DNA of 64,000 nt from Squalus acanthias (taxonomy: Eukaryota), in contig CM059432.1 of assembly GCA_030390025.1 (NCBI GenBank), positions 149,360,001 through 149,424,000 of the forward strand. The letters are read 5' to 3'. Below are positions 59,695-64,000 of this stretch, piece by piece (within the stretch, counting starts at the first letter, position 1; every line of letters begins with the position of its first letter). A model generated the notes under the pieces. It made no database searches. It was not told where the DNA came from and was given only the letters and a program-made list of their open reading frames with translations. The translations under genes and the position numbers were made by a program.

Positions 59695-62600
59695 TGGAAT
59701 TACATAGAACTTACAGCACAGAAACTGGCTATTTGACCCAACCAGTCCATGCTGGCATTTATGCTCCACTTAAGCCTCCTCCCATCCTTCCTCATCTAAA
59801 TCTATCAGCATAAGCCTCTATTTCCTTTTCCCTCATATGCTTATCTAGCTTCCCCTTAAATGCATCTATACTATTTGCTTCAACCACTCCCTGTGGTAGC
59901 GAGTTCCACATTCTCACCACTCTCTGGGTAAAGAAGTTTCTTCTGAATTCCCTATTTGATTTCTTGACTATCTTATATTGATGGCCTCTAGTTTTGCTCT
60001 TCCCCACAAGTGGGAACACTCTCTCTGTATCCACTCTATCAAAAAATTTCATAGTTTTAAAAGACCTCTATTAGGTCACCCCCAACCTTCTCTCTTTTCA
60101 AGAGAAGAGAGACCCAGCCTGTTCATCCTTTCCTGATAGGTGTACCCTCGCATTTCTGGTATCATCCTTGTAAATCTTCTCTGCACCCTCTCCAGTGCCT
60201 CTATATCCTTTTTATAATATGGCGACCAGAACTGCACACCGTATTCCAAGTGTGGTCTAACCAAGGTTCGATACAAGTTTAGCATAACTTCACTACTTTT
60301 CAATTCTATCCCTCTAGAAATAAACCCTAGGGCCTGGTTTGCTTTTGTTATGGCCTTGCTAACCTGTGTAGCAACTTTTAGTGATTTGTGTATTTGTACT
60401 CCGAGATCCCTTTGCTCTTCTACCCCATTTAGATTCTTATTTTCCAAGTAATAAGTGACCTCCTTATTTTTCTTACCAAAATGTAATACCTCACGCTTAC
60501 CTATGTTGAAATTCATTTGCCAATTATATGCCCATTCTTCAAATTTATTAATGTCGTCTTGTAATTTGTTGCAGTCCTCCTCAGTGTTGACTATCCCCCC
60601 AATTTGGTGTCATCCGCAAATTTAGAAATTGTGTTCCAAAGTCTAAATCGTTAATATAAATTGTGAACAACAGTGGTCCCAGCTGTAGAGATTAGATTAT
60701 CTCTGGTTTTTCAAATAATCAGGATCGAGTGCAAACCAATATATTGCATTTAATCGGAGTTTAAGACGGAATATAACACGCTAGTTATACAGCAAAAACA
60801 TACGACCGTGACAAGCAGCTGGTACCGGTCCCGATCGGACAGACGGCTGGCGTGCGCGAACAGCTCTTCAGCTTACGGCCTTACGGCCTTTCTCCCTCTC
60901 TTCCTCTCTTCTAGAACTGCCAAGAGTGTTAGACTAGGGTCAGCATGGGTCCACCTTCGGAAGAGTGTTAGACCATCGATCACTCTTGGAAGCTCTCCAC
61001 TTCACCGTCTGTGTTGAGGGCTTTTCGGGTCTTGCTTTTATTCTCTTTTTAGGGGTGGACCTGCTGTAGAATATGGACAGGACCATTTAACCTGTAAGGG
61101 TTCCTCTTAAACCAAGGTGCTCAATGGTATGTCGAGTTCTTTGTCTTAACTTTTAGATGAAAGCCCTCCCTTAAAGGGTCTCCTGCTCTTCCCTCACATG
61201 CCTTTCCAGTTTATACACTCTGAAGGCCCATCCATCTGAATTTCTGTTATCTCTCTCGTCCTTATCTTCCCAAGTTTGGAGTCAGACATGCCATTCTCGG
61301 CCTTCAGATGTTCGTAGCTGCTTGTTATCAGTTATTTATGCTCATGTAGCTTTAGCTGTGCAAAACTATCTTATTTCATTCCATTATCAGACTATTGTAC
61401 CATGGAACAAACCATTAAATTTCCAAAGATAATCCTCTATTCTATTCTCATACACTGGTTAACTTACGCATTTTAAAGCAGCTTGGTTAAACAAAGTCAA
61501 AATCCTAACTTAGCTTTATGATGTGGTTATTAGCAGTAATGGAAGAAACATAGGCGTTGAGCCTTAGTTTGATCAAATTAAAAATACATTAAACAAAGTT
61601 GAAATCCTAATTTACAAACAGTAGATAGCTAGCCTGGGAAGCAAGGTCATATATGACTGCCACTGTGCAGAATGTTATAACATCTGCAGGGAACCAAAAA
61701 CATAATCAAATTCTAAGCATCTATCCAGCTATTCCAATACTAGTCTGAAGAGATACTTTTGTCTCGAGTTCTAATACAATCATCTAAACACAGTTATATT
61801 CGCGTCACAATTTCATTCACATAACCACATACATTTTAGATGCCCCTAATTTCTAACACAGCTCTGATCCTTGTGGGACCCCACTTCCCACCTTCTGCTA
61901 CCCTTTACCCCTACTCTCTGCTTTCTGTCTTTCAGCCAGCTAGCTATCCATTCTGCTAATTGTCCCCTGACTCCACATGCTCTGACCTTATTCATTAGTC
62001 TATTACGTGGTACCTTATCGAAGGCCTTTTGGAAATCTAGGTATATTGCATCTACTACATTACCCTTGTCTATTCTCTCTGTTACCTCAAAGAATTCAAT
62101 GAGGTTGGTCAAGCAAAACTTTCCCTTTTGAAATCCATGTTGACTATTCAGTATTATATTTTTTGTTTCTAGATGTTTTTCTATTTTCTCCTTTAGTAGG
62201 GATTCCTTTATTTTGCCTACTACTGATAAGCTGACTGGTCTATAGTTCCCTGGACATGTTCCATCTCCCTGAAATATAGGTATAATGTTAGCTATACGCC
62301 AACCCTCTGGCACTACATCTTTTTCTAATGAATTATTAAATACGTGTAATAGTGCTATCTCTTCCCTAGATTCCTTTAAAAAGCGCGGATACAATTCCGA
62401 ACCAGGGGTTTTATACTCTGTGTTTGATTAGTTCATTTAATATTTCTCCTTTTTATTTTAAATGCAGTTATATAATTTCTAATCTCATCTTCCAGTGTCA
62501 TGTCCACCTGATCCATCTCCCTGGTAAATACTGAAGCAAAATAGTTATTTAATATTGCTGCCGTTTCGCTTTTGCTGCCTGTGATTTTTTTTTTTAACCT

Positions 62601-63480
62601 GACCGTCCCTTAGTGGCCCGATTCCCATCCTGACTTTCCTTTCTTTATTGATGTGCCTGTAGAATATTTTACAATTTTGTTTTCTGTTCCTCGATTAATT
62701 TAATTTCAAAGTTCTGCTTTGCCTTTCTAATTGTGTTTTTGACTTCTCTCCTAGTTTCTTCGTATTCTCCCTTGTCATGCTCTCCTCTGCTGTCCATGTA
62801 TTTAGTGGAGGCCTCTTTCCTTCGCTTCAATTTTCCCTTATGTCTTTATTCATCAATGGTGTCTCATTAGTGTTTAGTTTGTTCTTGTTTTTTAGCGGAA
62901 TATATTTTTCCTGGGCTCTGTTGAACACCGTTTTAAATATTGTTGTCCATTTTATTTTCCCAAGTTCTATTCTCAGCCCCTCAAAATTAAATTTTCTCCA
63001 ATCTATTACCCTGGTCTTTGTCATGCTTATGGCCTTCTAAATTATTATCCTAAACCATACTATATTAAGGTTTACTATTGCCTAGATGTTCCCCTATTTT
63101 TACTTCTCAGCTGCTCTGGTTCATTCCCCATTACCACATCCAGTAGTGACTCCTCCTTTGTTGGGCTTCTTACATATTGGGTTAGAAAGGAGTCCTGTAC
63201 ACATTGTAGGAACGCCATTCCCTTATCCCCTTTACCTACCTCTTTTGGCCAATTAATTTCGGGGTAATTGAATCCCCCATGATTATTATTCTATGTTTGT
63301 TACTCATTTCCCGAATTTGTTTGTATATTTCTTCCTCTACCTCCCTTCTACTATTAGGTGGTCTGCAGACTACCCCTATTAGTGTGATTGATCCTTTTTT
63401 ATCTTTATGGATAAATATTATGTTATCTCTAATAAGTACAGCTACTCCACCTCTCCTTTTTCCCACTCTATCTTTTCTAA
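59695..63480 (-). mobile_element. Degenerate near-full-length CR1 ORF2, split by an LTR insertion at 60684-61858
   Basis: Minus strand: GGVAVLIR / CRPPNS / IMGD (EN), PGNYRPVSL, QHGFQKGK.CLTNL, YLDFQKAFDKV, FADDTK, LVRPHLEYGVQFWSP, TRGHQYK and 3' tail. Confidence 0.92.
60684..61858 (-). mobile_element. Solo LTR (1,175 bp) with 4-bp TSD CAGC
   Basis: cagc|TGTAGAGATTAG ... CTAATTTCTAACA|cagc. Removing it restores the CR1 sequence ggtcccagctctgatcc. Minus-strand TATA-like AATAAAAG at about 61035-61042 and ATTAAA at about 60750. Confidence 0.8.
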
Positions 63481-64000
63481 ATATGTGATACTATTCTAAA
63501 TATGTTATACATCTATCTTAACATTAGTTTCTGATCCCTGGCTAAACCCTGGTGGATCTACACTGTATTTTGTCCTTCTCTGTTCCCTCGGAAATAATAC
63601 TAGTATCTCACATCATTCTGTCCCTGTAACTATATTTTCCCATCCCTTGTATCATGCTGGTGGATCTACACTGTATGCTCTCTATGACTTTATTGTCCCC
63701 TGTGAATGGAGATGCAAACCCAACATCCCTTAACCCGACCCAAGAGGTCATCTAATGGCTGCACAAGCGCTACCAACAAATTAAAGCTCTACGGATAGTT
63801 TAAAGTTTGTAAAACTTTTATTATATAAATGCTAACTATCTTTGACAAATCAGCAAAATAAATGTTCTACTCTCCTCTTACAACACCTAATGCTGGAGGT
63901 CCACTACAGTGATCAAGACATGTGCAAGGAGAACACTTTCCCAAATGTCCATCCACCACATAAAGACTAAAAGCACATGCAGTCCTTTCACTGGTGTATT

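Overview
Eukaryotic, repeat-rich vertebrate genomic DNA, most likely a cartilaginous fish (inferred from HE1-type V-SINE, Deu-type SINEs, HER1/CR1 and L2 LINE tails and Penelope remnants). The window holds the 5' part of one large + strand gene, TRANK1 (TPR and ankyrin repeat-containing 1 / lupus brain antigen 1). I reconstructed 15 phase-compatible GT-AG coding exons from 15578 to 59090 (about 1,660 codons), including one 2,874-nt exon. The gene runs off the right edge before helicase motif VI. Domain order is TPR clamp, ankyrin repeats, a segment that reads like a RelE/ParE toxin-type RNase fold, then a UvrD/Rep-type SF1 helicase. A candidate promoter near 5.6-6.1 kb carries a consensus ISRE. 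The leading hypothesis is an interferon-inducible RelE-like RNase plus SF1 helicase effector resembling bacterial RelE-helicase fusions. Introns contain Penelope-type minimal hammerhead ribozymes, solo LTRs (one with a clean 4-bp TSD inside a CR1), MITEs, a 38-bp minisatellite and oppositely skewed G4/H-DNA-prone arrays. There are no prokaryotic features and no CRISPR array.
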